This document shows, in pieces, positions 50,401 through 62,981 of a stretch of 64,000 nt of DNA. The stretch lies in contig NEEC01000011.1 in the NCBI GenBank assembly GCA_002189035.1, forward strand, positions 1,488,001 to 1,552,000, given 5' to 3'. The stretch comes from Utricularia gibba (lineage: Eukaryota; Plantae; Magnoliophyta). A program made the translations under genes and the position numbers. The number at the start of each line of letters is the position of its first letter. Within the stretch, counting starts at the first letter, position 1. Under the pieces are notes generated by a model, which did no database searches, was not told the origin of the DNA, and saw nothing but the letters and a program-made list of their open reading frames with translations.

Positions 50401-52479
50401 TCAAATAAACTCAGTAACACTTGGGTTTCCAGATCCACAACAATTGGGAACTCCTCTTTAGAAGATGAATTTTCAACTTCCAACATAGAGTAATTATCCT
50501 ATCAAGTTGTTTGTGACCCAATTAGTTATACCGAAGACTTCAAAGATAAGGAATGAGTAAAGTCAATGGAAAGAGAAATGAACTCAATAGAAAAAAATGA
50601 CACATGAGAGGTGTTAGACAAACCAAAAAATATGTCAGTACTAGTGATTGACACCATGTGGCTGTACAAACCAAGTTCAATTTGAATGGTACAATAAACA
50701 AGAAAAAAACTAAATTAGTAGCAAAGGGATACTCTCAAATTAACGGCTCAAACTACTGTGAAGTATTTGTCTCTATAACTCGATTGTAGACAATATAGCT
50801 ACTTCTAGCTATTGTAGCAAATTATAATTAGGAGGTACATCATATAAATGTCAAAACATCTTTCTTATGGTATTCTATCGAAGGAAATTTATTGCAAACA
50901 ATATAAAATGTTTGTGTCATCTGGAAATGAAGGGAAAGTCATGAAACTTAAGATAACCATGCATGGATTAAAACACGCTCTCAATGGGTTGAAGAATCAA
51001 GTCAACTACTTCTTTGAATCTATACAAAACCTATTTTGTATCTCAAAAATTCAAAAAAAGGAAAACCTTTGATAGGTATCCACATCGATGGTCTTTTAAT
51101 TAACTCAAACAATGAGCATATGATACTAGACTTTATAGGAAAAATGGAAGAAGAATTCCAAATGACAGATCTTGGCCTCATGTGGTATTATTTGTGTTTG
51201 AAGATACATCAAACACCTAAAGTTGGTATATTACTAAATCAAAGAAAATATGTCTTAGAATTGATAAAGAAATTTGGAATGTAAGATGCTAATCCCTACA
51301 AAATATTTATGGATACAAAACAAATTTTCAAGGAAAATAAAAAGTGAAGATTGATGTGATGTAGTAACATATCGTAGTTTGATTGGAAACTGAATATACT
51401 TGTCTCTCACCAAAGAGCTATTGTGTGAATGTCCTATCCAAATATCTAATACTACCAAAATCCAATCATCTTTTGTGTAGAAAAAGATTACTACGATATG
51501 TAAAAGAAACATCAGACTTTGGAATATTCTTTACTTATTTTATGTAAAAGAAACATCAGACTTTGGAATATTCTTTACTTATTTTATGTAAAAGAAACAT
51601 CAAATTTTGGAATATTCTTTACTTATTTTAAAAATGCATACCTTGTTATAAGTATATATGCAAATAGTGATTGTGTAGTAAGTGAAGATGTCAAGAGCAT
51701 TTCTGCCTTCATTACTTTTCTGAACAATAGTCCATTTTTGTGGTGTACAAAAAAACAATCAGTTGCGGCTCAATATGTTGCAGAAGCCGAATACATATCA
51801 ACCTCACAAGGTTCAAAACATTGTGTATGGCTAAAACAAATTCTCAAAGACATAGGATTCAGTTATATTATGGCAACATCACTCTATATTGACAACCAAT
51901 TTGCAATCCTAATGGTAAGAAGAATACGTGTCAATTTAGTAGGGCAAAACACATTCAGGTGAAAGATCACTCTCTCCGATATGCAATGAAAACACAAAAA
52001 ATTGAACTGAGGTATGTTCAATCAAAGGAGCAATTGGCAGATATACTAACCAAATCTCTGGGAAAGATAAACTTTCATAGGCTTCGATTGAAAATTGGAG
52101 TGTAGAAAATTGAAGAGTTTATGAAACTTACTTCTTTGAAAGATAAGGGGAGTGTTGAAGGTCAATTTGAGGTCCTTAAGTTAAAGTCAGTTAATAAGAA
52201 TGGGGATTAGGCAAAGATGCGGCTTATGTGTTAGTAGAAAGGGAAATGCATGATAAGAAGAAGAAGTAACGCATCTTCAACGTCGAAAATAAAATGTTGG
52301 TACTTTGTTTTTGTTGTCATGAATTCATCACATGAAATAACTGTATTTAAATAGAAAATCATAAACATGAGATCATGATGTTTTTTACTTTGTTTTATAA
52401 TGATGTTTTTTTATTCTTAAATATTAGTTTTTTGACTTATTCTCTTATCCAAATCTTCTATTTGTAGTGATTCACAACA
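47495..52479 (+). mobile_element. Full-length but degenerate Ty1/Copia LTR retrotransposon
   Basis: 5' LTR 47495-47803 (TGTTGA...CAGCA); PBS TGGTATCAGAGC 47804-47815; gag/IN/RT/RNaseH relics; PPT AGATAAGGGGAG 52141-52152; 3' LTR 52153-52479 (TGTTGA...CAACA); TSD AAAAT at 47490-47494 and 52480-52484. Confidence 0.93.
51497..51628 (+). repeat. 3 x 44-bp tandem repeat inside the Copia pol region
   Basis: TATGTAAAAGAAACATCAGACTTTGGAATATTCTTTACTTATTT at 51497 and 51541 (identical) and at 51585 (2 mismatches). Confidence 0.92.
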
Positions 52480-52766
52480 AAAATAGCAATTATATCTATT
52501 GTGATGAAATAATTATTAAAATCGAATTCAATTGAAAATTTTTTTTATTAAATTTGAAAATATATAGATATATGGCATATATATCAATGGCAAAGAATGG
52601 GTGACACATTAATACATTTACACTAAATTTTTTTATTTTTTAATAATATTAAACATACAATAATATTTTGATTTTATAATTTTAATAATTTTTTAATTAA
52701 AAGTGCATAATATTTTTTTAATGATATCACTTGACATGACTATGATTAACAAGATTTTTACGATAT

Positions 52767-55037
52767 CTAATTGACGATATTGGTTACAGGGCCCTTGAAC
52801 CAGTGCCGGGCGCTACAAAACCAAGAACCAAGGGCGAGGGCGATCACTGCTCCGACAGCTACCGGCGTGTAGTTGAGGGTTTGGGTAGTAATCGGATAAG
52901 CAACGGGCAAGGAGAAGAGAACCGAAATGATGGCCACCCAAATCACCGCGATCCAGCCGACGACGAGGCCGTATCGGCCCAAGTTGTACGGCCCCGGGAC
53001 GAAGCTTTTCTTGGCTAATGTTACTCGGAAGAATATCGGCAAGGCGTAGGCGATGTAGAGCCCGATCGTCGCGATTGATACCATTGCTTGGTATGCCACC
53101 AGGCTGCCCAGCGACTGCAACAAACAGAGATTGAAACAGAGATTTTGGAGGAGGTATTGGGTTCCCATTTCGATTTTCGAATGTTTTGTTTATAGGAGAT
53201 GATGGCCGTACCGTTAGCGCCATGCAGAAAGCTACGAGTGCTGAATACCACACTGCGTTTGTGGGAACATCTTGGTTGTTCACTTGATGCCAGGAGTTGG
53301 AGAAAGGCATAGCACCGTCTCTTGAAAATGCGAATGCCATCCTGAAAACCAGTTCCCAGATAAAATCATCATCGTTTTGTGGAGATTCTACTATTTGTCA
53401 TAGGAAAATGAAAAAGGATGAGAATGAGGAAACAGTAATCTTCTGACCTGGAGTTGCTGGTTAGTGAACTCATTCCACAGAAAAATATGGCTACCGCAGC
53501 TACACCGAGGCAGATGATACCTCCAAATCCATGGCCAAATCTGTTCTTAAAAGACCTGTAAAATAGCTCGGCGATCGCATATCCACCGGCGTCGTTTCCG
53601 GTGTCCAAAAGACCAGAGACGTCGGTTACAGCAAAGGTGATGCCTATGATGTAAACCCAACCAACAATAACCGATATGCCAATGGAGCTTATGATTCCCT
53701 TCGGGCCATTCAAATCCGCATTCCTGGTTTCCTCTGTCTAAACAAACAAAGCTGAGGGATTTTGATTTGGAGGAGGAAGAAATCTGCGTCAAGCAAGAAC
53801 ACTCACCATATGCGCAGATGCATCATATCCTGTTAAGGTGTATTGGCTAAGTAGAATTCCTAGAAAGAAAATGTATGGTGCACTAGTAATTCCTTGTCCA
53901 TTATCTCTGTTGAAGTGAGTAAAGACGAACTCCGCACTTGCTCTCTCTGTCGCAACCAAGGGAATGGTTATTGTTAGAAGAATCACACCTGCAAACATTG
54001 GGAAATATATCAAAATTTCAAGTGTTGTTGCGTTCAAAATCCAAGAGAAAAGAACAGGGGGCAGCTGAAATAGTGAAATCAACAGAGCTTTTCATTACCA
54101 AAAATATTCCAAGCGGCAGCAAAGCGCCCCAAAAAGGATAGCCATGAAATAGGAAGACTGTTAAGAAGAGCGTGTGTGAACAAGATTCCGGCATGTAAAC
54201 CAATAACAACATACTTAGAAGGATCATATCCTCCACCATTCTTCCCACCAGTACCAAGAAGAATCATCACAGAGATTATCTGAGCTAATGAAAAATCTAC
54301 ACTTGCTGTAACAGCCCACTGCATTAAAAAATATCAGATTTAAAACTTAGAAGGTCAAAGAGTTCGATGTTTAAAAGTGATTCAGCTTCAATACGGCAGA
54401 CTAAGTGGGTGAGTTATCACTCCCAAACAGCACAAAGCGTTGAAGTTTACCTGACCAATCATGTTAAACCTGCAGATTGAACAAATGAATTGGCTAACAC
54501 CCGTCTGAAGAAAAGAAAAAAAATACAACAATCTGATGAACAAATTACCATCCAGTTATCCAGGAAGCAAAGGGAGCCCAATTTGGGCCAGCAAGTTTAG
54601 CACTCCAGTAATAAAGTCCTCCAGATGTAGGGAAAGAAGAGCAGATTTCGGCCATGGAAAAACCCACAACCAGAGTGAAACACCCAACAACAAGCCAGCC
54701 ATAAACAAATGAAACAGGTCCCCATACGCCAGCCCAGTGTTATACAGAGTCGTCACACCGGTAACTATAGATATGATGGAAAACGAGAAGGCGAAATTTG
54801 ACCACAATCTGCAAGACCAGACATACCCATAAAAGAAAAGGATCAAACCATATCCACCCAAGAAACAAAAGTTCAAAAAAAAGTGGTCAAAAGAAACGGG
54901 GATTACGATAAGTCTCGCTTGAGCTCTTGCTTGTACCCAAGCTGGTTCAAACGAGCTTGCCCAGAATCAGTAGAAGTCTCTATCTGTTGGACGTGTTGGG
55001 GAAGAAAGGATTGATTATGCCCAGGTCTCAACTCCAT
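52767..55037 (-). CDS. BAT1: BAT1/GABA-permease-like amino acid transporter (APC family); exons 55037-54907, 54808-54549, 54469-54451, 54318-54099, 53988-53807, 53737-53448, 53341-53212, 53114-52767; apparent 1-nt deletion at 54720-54723; 526 aa if restored
   Basis: DSGQARLNQLGYKQELKRDLS, SNFAFSFSIISIVTGVTTLYNTGL, SMAEICSSFPTSGGLYYWSAKLAG, YTLTGYDASAHM/TEETRNAD, RMAFAFSRDGAMPFS and ARHWFKGPVTNI. All introns are GT-AG. Confidence 0.92.
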
Positions 55038-58033
55038 CTTTCTCCTCTCTGTGAGCAATCAAGGGAGCGCGAGCGAGACAGAGAGAGAGAGAGACGGATT
55101 TTGCAACCGTTCAAATGAAATGGCGTTCGTTCGTTCCCACGGTTTGGGGTGAAGTGAATACAAACAACTCTTCTCCCATATGAACGCGAACGCCAGTCGC
55201 CAATCATCAATCATCCCATCCATCCATCAGCACAAAAGTTAAGTTGGCCTCGTGGCACTGTCGGCCCTCTCTCTCCTCCTCCCTCAACCTCAACCAACAC
55301 ACCTCTCTTTTGAAGCATACTTGTCGTTTTCGCCATTAAGAAATAAATATAGAAAATGCACTTCCCCATGCAATTTGGACTTCTTAATCTTCGTTTTCGA
55401 GAATTACCATGTCTTGCCATTTAGGTAAACCGCATCAATCATTTAGAAAGTGATCATTAATACTTTATTTTTCAACTCAGAAAAAAAGTTTGTTTCAAAA
55501 ACATCAACAATACAAATTTATCATTTCAGTGTGGTCAACGGTCAAGAGGAAGAATTGGGATTTGCGAGTGTGTACACGTGTCCCACGTGGTTGATTTTTA
55601 ATTCCAAATTGATGATGATGAAAATGGGCCATGGTCACCGTTGCCAAATTACCCGAACAACACGTAACACGGTTGAATAAAGAAATCTAATCCGCAGCCC
55701 CAACAATCAATGAATGATTTAAAAATAACCACTACAACATTAACAACGACGAATATTACCCCTAACAAGTCAACTATGAATAAAGTCGGCCACCCAACCA
55801 ACTCCCTTTACGTGAATAAAATTAACATTTAATTCAACCATAAATTACTAGTTACTTCTGCCGTTTTACCCACAGTGATTATGAAGTTTGTTCTTATATT
55901 TTAAATCTTATATTGTACTCAAGTCGTATTTTTCTTAAAAAAATCAATATAATTTTAAATTATTATAAAAATCAAACAAGTTCAACAAAAACGTTAACGT
56001 TGAACTAACTAGAAAAACATACCACACAGAAATTGTGATATTTACAATGTGTAATTATGTAAATAAAATTAATTAAATTACCAAATTGAAGTATTTTACA
56101 AACTATTTTAAATTAAGATATTTGTAAATTAAAATAATTTATACAATAAAACACGAAATGAGACACATATAATGATAAAAAAATAAATAAATATTTTCTT
56201 ATATTATTATTTATTCATAAAACATTAAATATATTATTTTTTAAAATTTAAAACATATAAAATTAAACATCATATATTCAACAACCTTTTCCCAACCTTA
56301 TCTATTTTACAAAGAAAATAGAGAAGTAGATGTACTTTTTGGTAAGTTGGGTTTGTTGGAATAGGGATTGTTGTAAACAACCCGTACAAATTCAGGTATT
56401 TATAGTTTTGGTCGGTAGTTTTACTTGCATACACGTGTACCAATGACACCCTACGCTTTTTTGGGTAACCAACGAAGATGGTGGGATGGGAAGTCCTTAT
56501 AATTTGTGCCTTTTTTGTCTTGCTTTTCCATTTCTGCTGTTTTGCTTTGTAATTTTGAATTTGACTATTCAAGCTTATGTTTTAAAAATCTCAGTTCAAC
56601 AGCTAATTAAAGAGATTGAACTAAATTCAAATGATTTCAAATAAAAAATAAATTAAAATCTAATCATAGTTAAATTATATTTCAATTATGATTTAATTAA
56701 AATTTAATCACAATTTGATGCTTTGTTTTAAAAAAACGAGTCCTTCAATCATGATTTGAACTACAGTTAAACATCTTAAATTGCAAATTACTTATGTAAA
56801 TGATTTATAATTTTTATTTGAATAAGTAAAACACTGATTGAAACATTTCTTTGTAAGTTTTGAAAATTTAGAATGAGATTTTTTTTTGTTTTAACTGATT
56901 AATCATAAGAACTGAAAGATAGATTTTGTTATATAATTTAATAGGATTTTGTCTAAGAGATGAATTCATGAGTTTCCATGTATAAATCGGTAATTTTGAG
57001 CACATGTTCCAAGCCATATATATAAAGAAAGTTGAAGGGTAAATTTGAAAGAGTTTGTACTTTAATAAAAATATTAAAAAATAGAATTAAAAATACTTTA
57101 TTTAATAAAACTGCAGACCTCTAATTTAAGTTACATTTGATTCCACTTTTCAAAAAATACTTCTCGAAAAATGATTCCTATAAAATAAAAATTATGTTTC
57201 CATAGCTCATTAAAAATATGATTTTTTTCTAAATTTCTATTATTTTTAGATTAGATGCTAAATGTATTGAGTGATAATTTTTTTTAAACATCTTGATAAA
57301 AAAACGTTTTAAACAAAACATTTGTTTAGAATGGCTTTTATTTCTAAAGAAATATTTTAAAAAATTAAAGAGAATAAAATTATTTCTTAAAAAATATATT
57401 TAGAGAAATATGAGCCAATAAAGGCAAATACTTATTTTTTTGTATAAAATGCTTTTGAAAAACACAATCAATCATACCCCAAGTTTTGCAATTTCCTTAC
57501 AAAACGACATAACTTCCGAATGGTCCATCGTAAGGCCTGAAATAATTATGTTAAGGTCATTGATTATTGGCACGCTGTGGCCCTGTATATCCATATATTT
57601 GTTTACGGCCATCCGTCAGCCTCACGTGGCTGCTTAGTGGCCCATGGGCCGTATAATGACTACATGAACAACTACCAAATAACTGAATATAAATAACTAG
57701 GCGTTACATTATTAAATTGTCGATATATTTTAAATTTATAATGTAATTCAGTTGTGTATAAAAATGATATTTTTCGATCAGACTTAAATTCAGTACATGA
57801 AGCAGGAGCATCATGTAGGATCTATTATGGTTATTTTTGACAATTTTAAATTTTTTATTAAGGACAATTTCGTATAAAAATTAGTTGTTTGAAATTTGAA
57901 AATAATTTTGAAATTTTGCTAAATGGGGAAAAGAAAATGATTTTGAAATTGGAATTTATCCAAATCCTTTCCCCAAGATAACGGGCGATGTTTCGCTCTC
58001 GGGGGTCAAACACCACCGATTGAAGGATTACCG

Positions 58034-60844
58034 ATGACGATCGCCCGATGCAACTTTTATCCGGCGATTCAGGTCGCCGCATCTCACAACCGCATGGGCT
58101 TCCAACATGCCGCCTCGTTCCGCCGTCTAACGGTGAAAGCTCAGGGAATCAGAGGTTTCTCCTCCAATGAGATGCTCTTCGCGGAAGATGGACAGATTTG
58201 TAGTAAGCCTTCAATATGCACAGCCGATGAACTCCATTATGTTAGTCTACGCAACTCGGACTGGAGACTTGCTCTATGGCGCTATAAACCATCATCTAAG
58301 GTATTTATTTTATGTAGTAAGCTCTTTGTTTTGCGTGTTGTTCATTGATCCTATTCGGTATTTTACACGTTTTTGTTTATGAATATGTCGTAGAGAGGTG
58401 TCAACCTGTATTATATGAGGGAGAGAAATTTAAGGATTTTGTTGCGTTGTAAGCAGGCTCCGCGAAGGAATCATCCGCTTCTCTTATTATCAGGAGTGGG
58501 AACAAATGCAATTGGATATGACCTCTCTCCTGAGGTCAGTTGCATCCCCTCTTATCGTTAAAACTATGATAGCTTATTGGCAACATTGGGTTACTTGTAT
58601 TAGCAGTTTTTGGTGCATATTCTTGTTTAAATATGTGCATCGTAATGCGGGATATTCATGTTTGATATGGTTTACTGTTTAGCCAGAGAGCTGAGAGAAT
58701 ACACTGACATTTTTATGCTGTACACCATGGGTGTGACAAATGCTTTTCTAATTGGTATATCAATGCTGAATTATCTAATTGTGCGATAGCGAGCAACCAT
58801 TTTCCTGAAATAAATTTTTTGGCTTGTTTTTGGGTGGTAAATTTAGTCATGAGTCGTGACTGGTGGTTGGAATGCAACTATTGCAGTCTTCATTTGCTCG
58901 TTATATGTGTGGCCAAGGGTTTGATACTTGGGTTTTGGAAGTTCGTGGGGCTGGATTAAGTATACGGACACCAGATTCTAAAGATATTGAAAGATCATCC
59001 AATGAAGTATCTGAGAAAATGGAGGCTACTGCAGATAATGTAACTGATGGCGTTCTCTCCTGGAGAATGGAGAAACCTGCGGAAGTGATGACCACTTATC
59101 TGCAAAATGGAGTGCCAACTGCCTGGGATCAACCAAGATTGGTGTCTGTTTTTACTGACACTTTGATGCTATTGTCGGAAAGAGTTTCTGGTTATCTTAA
59201 TGAGCGCCAGTCAAGGATCTTGTCTGCCAAGTTTTTTGATCAAATATCAAAGCTCTTTGAGGATTCCCTTATTTTTGAACGCGTCAATAATATAAGGGAA
59301 AACTTTTTCAGTTTATTAGGAGCCAGAAGAAATTCCGCTTTTGTTGGTCAGATTCATGATATTAGCCAAAAACTTGTTGATGTCATCTATGAACGTCAGC
59401 GCTCTGTATCTCAAATTTTTGATCTTCAAGAGCGGTTGATGGCCAGTATCAAAGATTTCCAGAAGCAATTAGATTTGATTGCCACTTATGATTGGGATTT
59501 TGACATGCACTTAGAAGAGGACATCCCAGCTGTGGTGAGGCATCACTCACTTAGAAACAAATATTTGATTGTGAGATCTTGGTTATTTTTTGGATTTTTA
59601 AATGTTTATTTGGTTTCCAATATCTTGTTCTTTTTTTCTGTTTGTAGATGGGATATATTAGGTCTAGATGCAAACCTGCGGATGGCAGGGTATTTGCAAT
59701 TGGGCACTCCATGGGGGGCATATTGCTCTACGCACGTATCTCAAAATGCGGTATGTACAATTTTTAATTCACTGTGGTTCTTTCATCTAATCAGTTGTTA
59801 TTAGTGGTAGTTTTGGTTGCATAGGTGTTGAAGGAAAAGATCCCGGATTTGCTGGAATTGTTACTTTGGCTTCATCTCTTGATTATGCGTCATCGAATTC
59901 AGTTCTCATGCCACTTCTACCTCTTGTAAGTAGATGAAGTTGATTTTACTCCCATGTATGGAATATGACCTCTTTGGCAATTCTTCTTCTCCTTGTTTTT
60001 AAAATATATGATTACGCACTGCAGGCTGACCCTGCTCAAGCCTTGAATGTCCCTGTTGTTCCTTTAGGGGCCTTGCTCGCTGCAGCTCATCCTTTTTCTT
60101 CCCGTCCTCCTTATATCTTGTCATGGCTTAATGATCTAATATCAGCACAAGATATGATGCATCCCGAGCTCCTCAAGAAGCTTGTGATGAATAATTTTGG
60201 TGAGCCCAATACATGTTGCATTTAGCATCCATGTTTTTTTGAAAAATATATCACTAAATCCCGAAAATCACAAAAAACACATTGAAACAAGCTAGAGAAT
60301 TCTCATTTTATTCCGGAATCACAGGTAATGTAGTAGCAATATCATTGGTTTTGGCAGGTACCATTCCCGCTAAATTACTACTACAGCTAAAGACCGCATT
60401 GCAAGAAGGAGGACTGAGGGATACAAGTGGGACATTTTTCTACAAGGATCATCTTCATAAAGCCGATCTACATGTCTTGGCTCTTGCTGGTGATCGAGAT
60501 CTGATATGCCCTCCTGTAGCTGTAAAGGGTTTGTTTACCAATTCTCTCTGCGCAAATCATGAAGCTTTTCATAAGTTGCTCAGCTCATTTTCACCCATAT
60601 AACATGCAGAAACTGTGAAGCTCATTCCTAAACATTTAGCCACTTACAAAGTGTTTGGGGAACATAATGGTCCACATTATGCGCATTATGACTTAGTAGG
60701 AGGCAGGCTGGTATGTACGCGTTCTCTCTTTCTTTGGTCAAATTCGTTGTATTGAGATGCCTGATGTGGATTGCTATGTAATATACACAGGCAGTGAAGC
60801 ATGTATACCCATTCATAATCCAGTTTCTCAGCCGGCACGATTGA
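58034..60844 (+). CDS. Alpha/beta hydrolase, 565 aa, possible plastid transit peptide; exons 58034-58300, 58457-58534, 58887-59534, 59648-59750, 59825-59925, 60025-60199, 60358-60528, 60610-60710, 60791-60844
   Basis: CTADELHYV...DWRLALWRY, RNHPLLLLSGVGTNAIGYD, nucleophile elbow GHSMGG, acid GDRDLICP and His AHYDL. The nine exons join without a frameshift. Confidence 0.92.
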
Positions 60845-61577
60845 ATGATGTTGTACAATATACATCTGCTACATTGTCTTGATCATCATAAGCAATGCAT
60901 GTATTACTTGGGATGTTTCAGACAATTACTATGTTGGATTTCTGTGAAGCCTTGCCTTGGAACATGAACTGGAAAGAAGCTTTTGTATATGCCACTCAGG
61001 TTCTTCAGGAAAGTATATTAGCAATCTTGGAGTCCTACACTAGTTATGCTCAGGATGGACACATTTCAGTCTCCATGGTTTTCTCCAGTTAGCAATCTGC
61101 CCCTGGTTCCAACCAATCGATGTGAAGCTGCTATTATTACATTTCGTAGTCTTGATTCAGCACTGTTTGGCAACTACTCCTTATAGAATGTGAATAGAGA
61201 GTGAATGTCTAGTCGCGAACTACCCCTTCTATTGTGTAAACAGAGAGCCAATATGCAGCATGAATTATGTATCGATATAGTTCCTCAGAATCTCATGCTC
61301 CACTTGAAAATGCATTTCTGTCAAGTTTCCTGATGTGTCTTTGTTGACATTATCTTTCATTATATTGCGTTTGTACACTCTTCTTAAAATGTCTCAGGAA
61401 AGCTGTACGTTGCCTACAAGATCAAGCTGTGGATCAGTATATGGTTACGTCTGGGAGTGCGTCTTCCGAATCATCTCCTGAAGTTATTAAACTTAAGGTA
61501 AGAGTTATGATCCATTTGTTAGAAAAATACTACACCTGCTGGAACACCCGCTGACAACAAGAAATAAGATTCAGCAT

Positions 61578-62981
61578 CTATCTAGCTTTTCTTTTCTTTG
61601 CTGCGCATTTGCATATAGGGCATGAATTCTTCTTCAGGAGCCACTGCTTTATGCATTCAACATGATGATGGTGTCTGCATTCCAATATTGCCACCTCATC
61701 ATCTTGTGCGTATTTTTCCTGCGTTAATCCAGTCACATATCACTATTACATCCGTGAAGGGTATGTATGTCCGGTGTTAAAACAGTCTTATTCTAACCGC
61801 AGAGAAAGAGTCAAACTTCACCTGGCAGATGCTGCATTTCCGATCTCTTTGTCCATCATTCAAAGACATTGAAGCAGCAAGATCATTATCAGGATCCTTG
61901 ACGATCATCAAGCACCCAGGTATCTCTTTTTCTTCAAGTCCAGTTCCCACATATCCGATCTTATCACCCAAATTAAGCAGCTCCTGACATGCCCAATAAA
62001 AATGAGTTATTTATGAATCTGAGTTCAACTCACTTGATCCATTGCTCCAGCTGCCAACCTCGTAAGACATTTCTTCCACATCCAGTCTCAAGTCCTGGTC
62101 GGGATCCTCCACCCGCCCCCTGACATTTACAAATCAAGCAACCATTGATCAGAAAGTATATACTAACTACGTGCCTTCTTAGGATTTCGAGATTTTGAGA
62201 ACCAAAACCTTGTGAAAGGACTAGGATTTTGTGTCTCCGCAACCCCGAACCACAAATCATCCATATTCCATAGATGGTCATAACATAATCCCCTTCCGGT
62301 TAGTAGAGTTTGCGGGGCGTCATCATCTGCCAAACTTGATGTTAAATGATGCATTGCTTTTACAGATCTCAGGTACCAGAGAGTTAGAAGATTATATTAC
62401 GTGTCAAACCTCACTTACCTCCTCTTCAGAGTGAGAATCAATCCCAAAAGATGATGATCGAGAGCCAGTCCCATTTCCTCTAGCCAGCTGCAGCGGGACC
62501 AGTTGACTAAAAAATAGTGGTTTTTGCAGATGAAACAGGGAAAATGCAGTTCCAATTACCTTCACCCGATCGATTCTTGGAGCTGGGTTTCTGCTTATAG
62601 TTGAAAAATCTGAAGAAATTCGGATTCCTGGTGAGGCACAGCTCGAGTGAGGTATATCAATCGCAGCAGTTCTTTCTCCCTTCCTCGTCGTCTTCCTCCT
62701 TCGTCCCCCATTTACCTTCTCTTTAGTTCCCCACTCCGCGGCCGACCGGATAATCGCCGGCGCCGACGGGGGATGGAGGAGATGCTCTTGCAACTCATTC
62801 CTTCTTTCAGCTTGAGGAACCACAATCTCTTGTTCTCACTGCGGCTATGAAACTTTGATCCCTCGTGTTTTGAGGAGATCCACAAGTGACCCATCCTGCA
62901 ATTTATTTCATGGGATGTTCTTCTTCGGGGTCTGTTATGCTCATCATCATCAGCAGTAGCAGCAGCAGCAGCTCGAGGCAT
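61578..62981 (-). CDS. RING-H2 E3 ubiquitin ligase; exons 62981-62560, 62487-62419, 62326-62209, 62119-62059, 61983-61822, 61718-61578; two apparent 1-nt deletions; 324 aa if restored
   Basis: SAPAIIRSAAEW, DLRLDVEEMSYE/ELLNLGDKIGYVGTGLEEKEI, and RING-H2 CSIC..CRHHHHVEC..QWLLKKNSCPIC. The last three exons are solid; exons 1-3 need the frameshift corrections and are less certain. Confidence 0.85.

Noticed and set aside
61655-61680. HHHH run in the RING domain as a novel metal site
   Set aside because: It fits the normal C-x-H-x2-H-x2-C RING-H2 spacing; the two extra His occupy variable positions.
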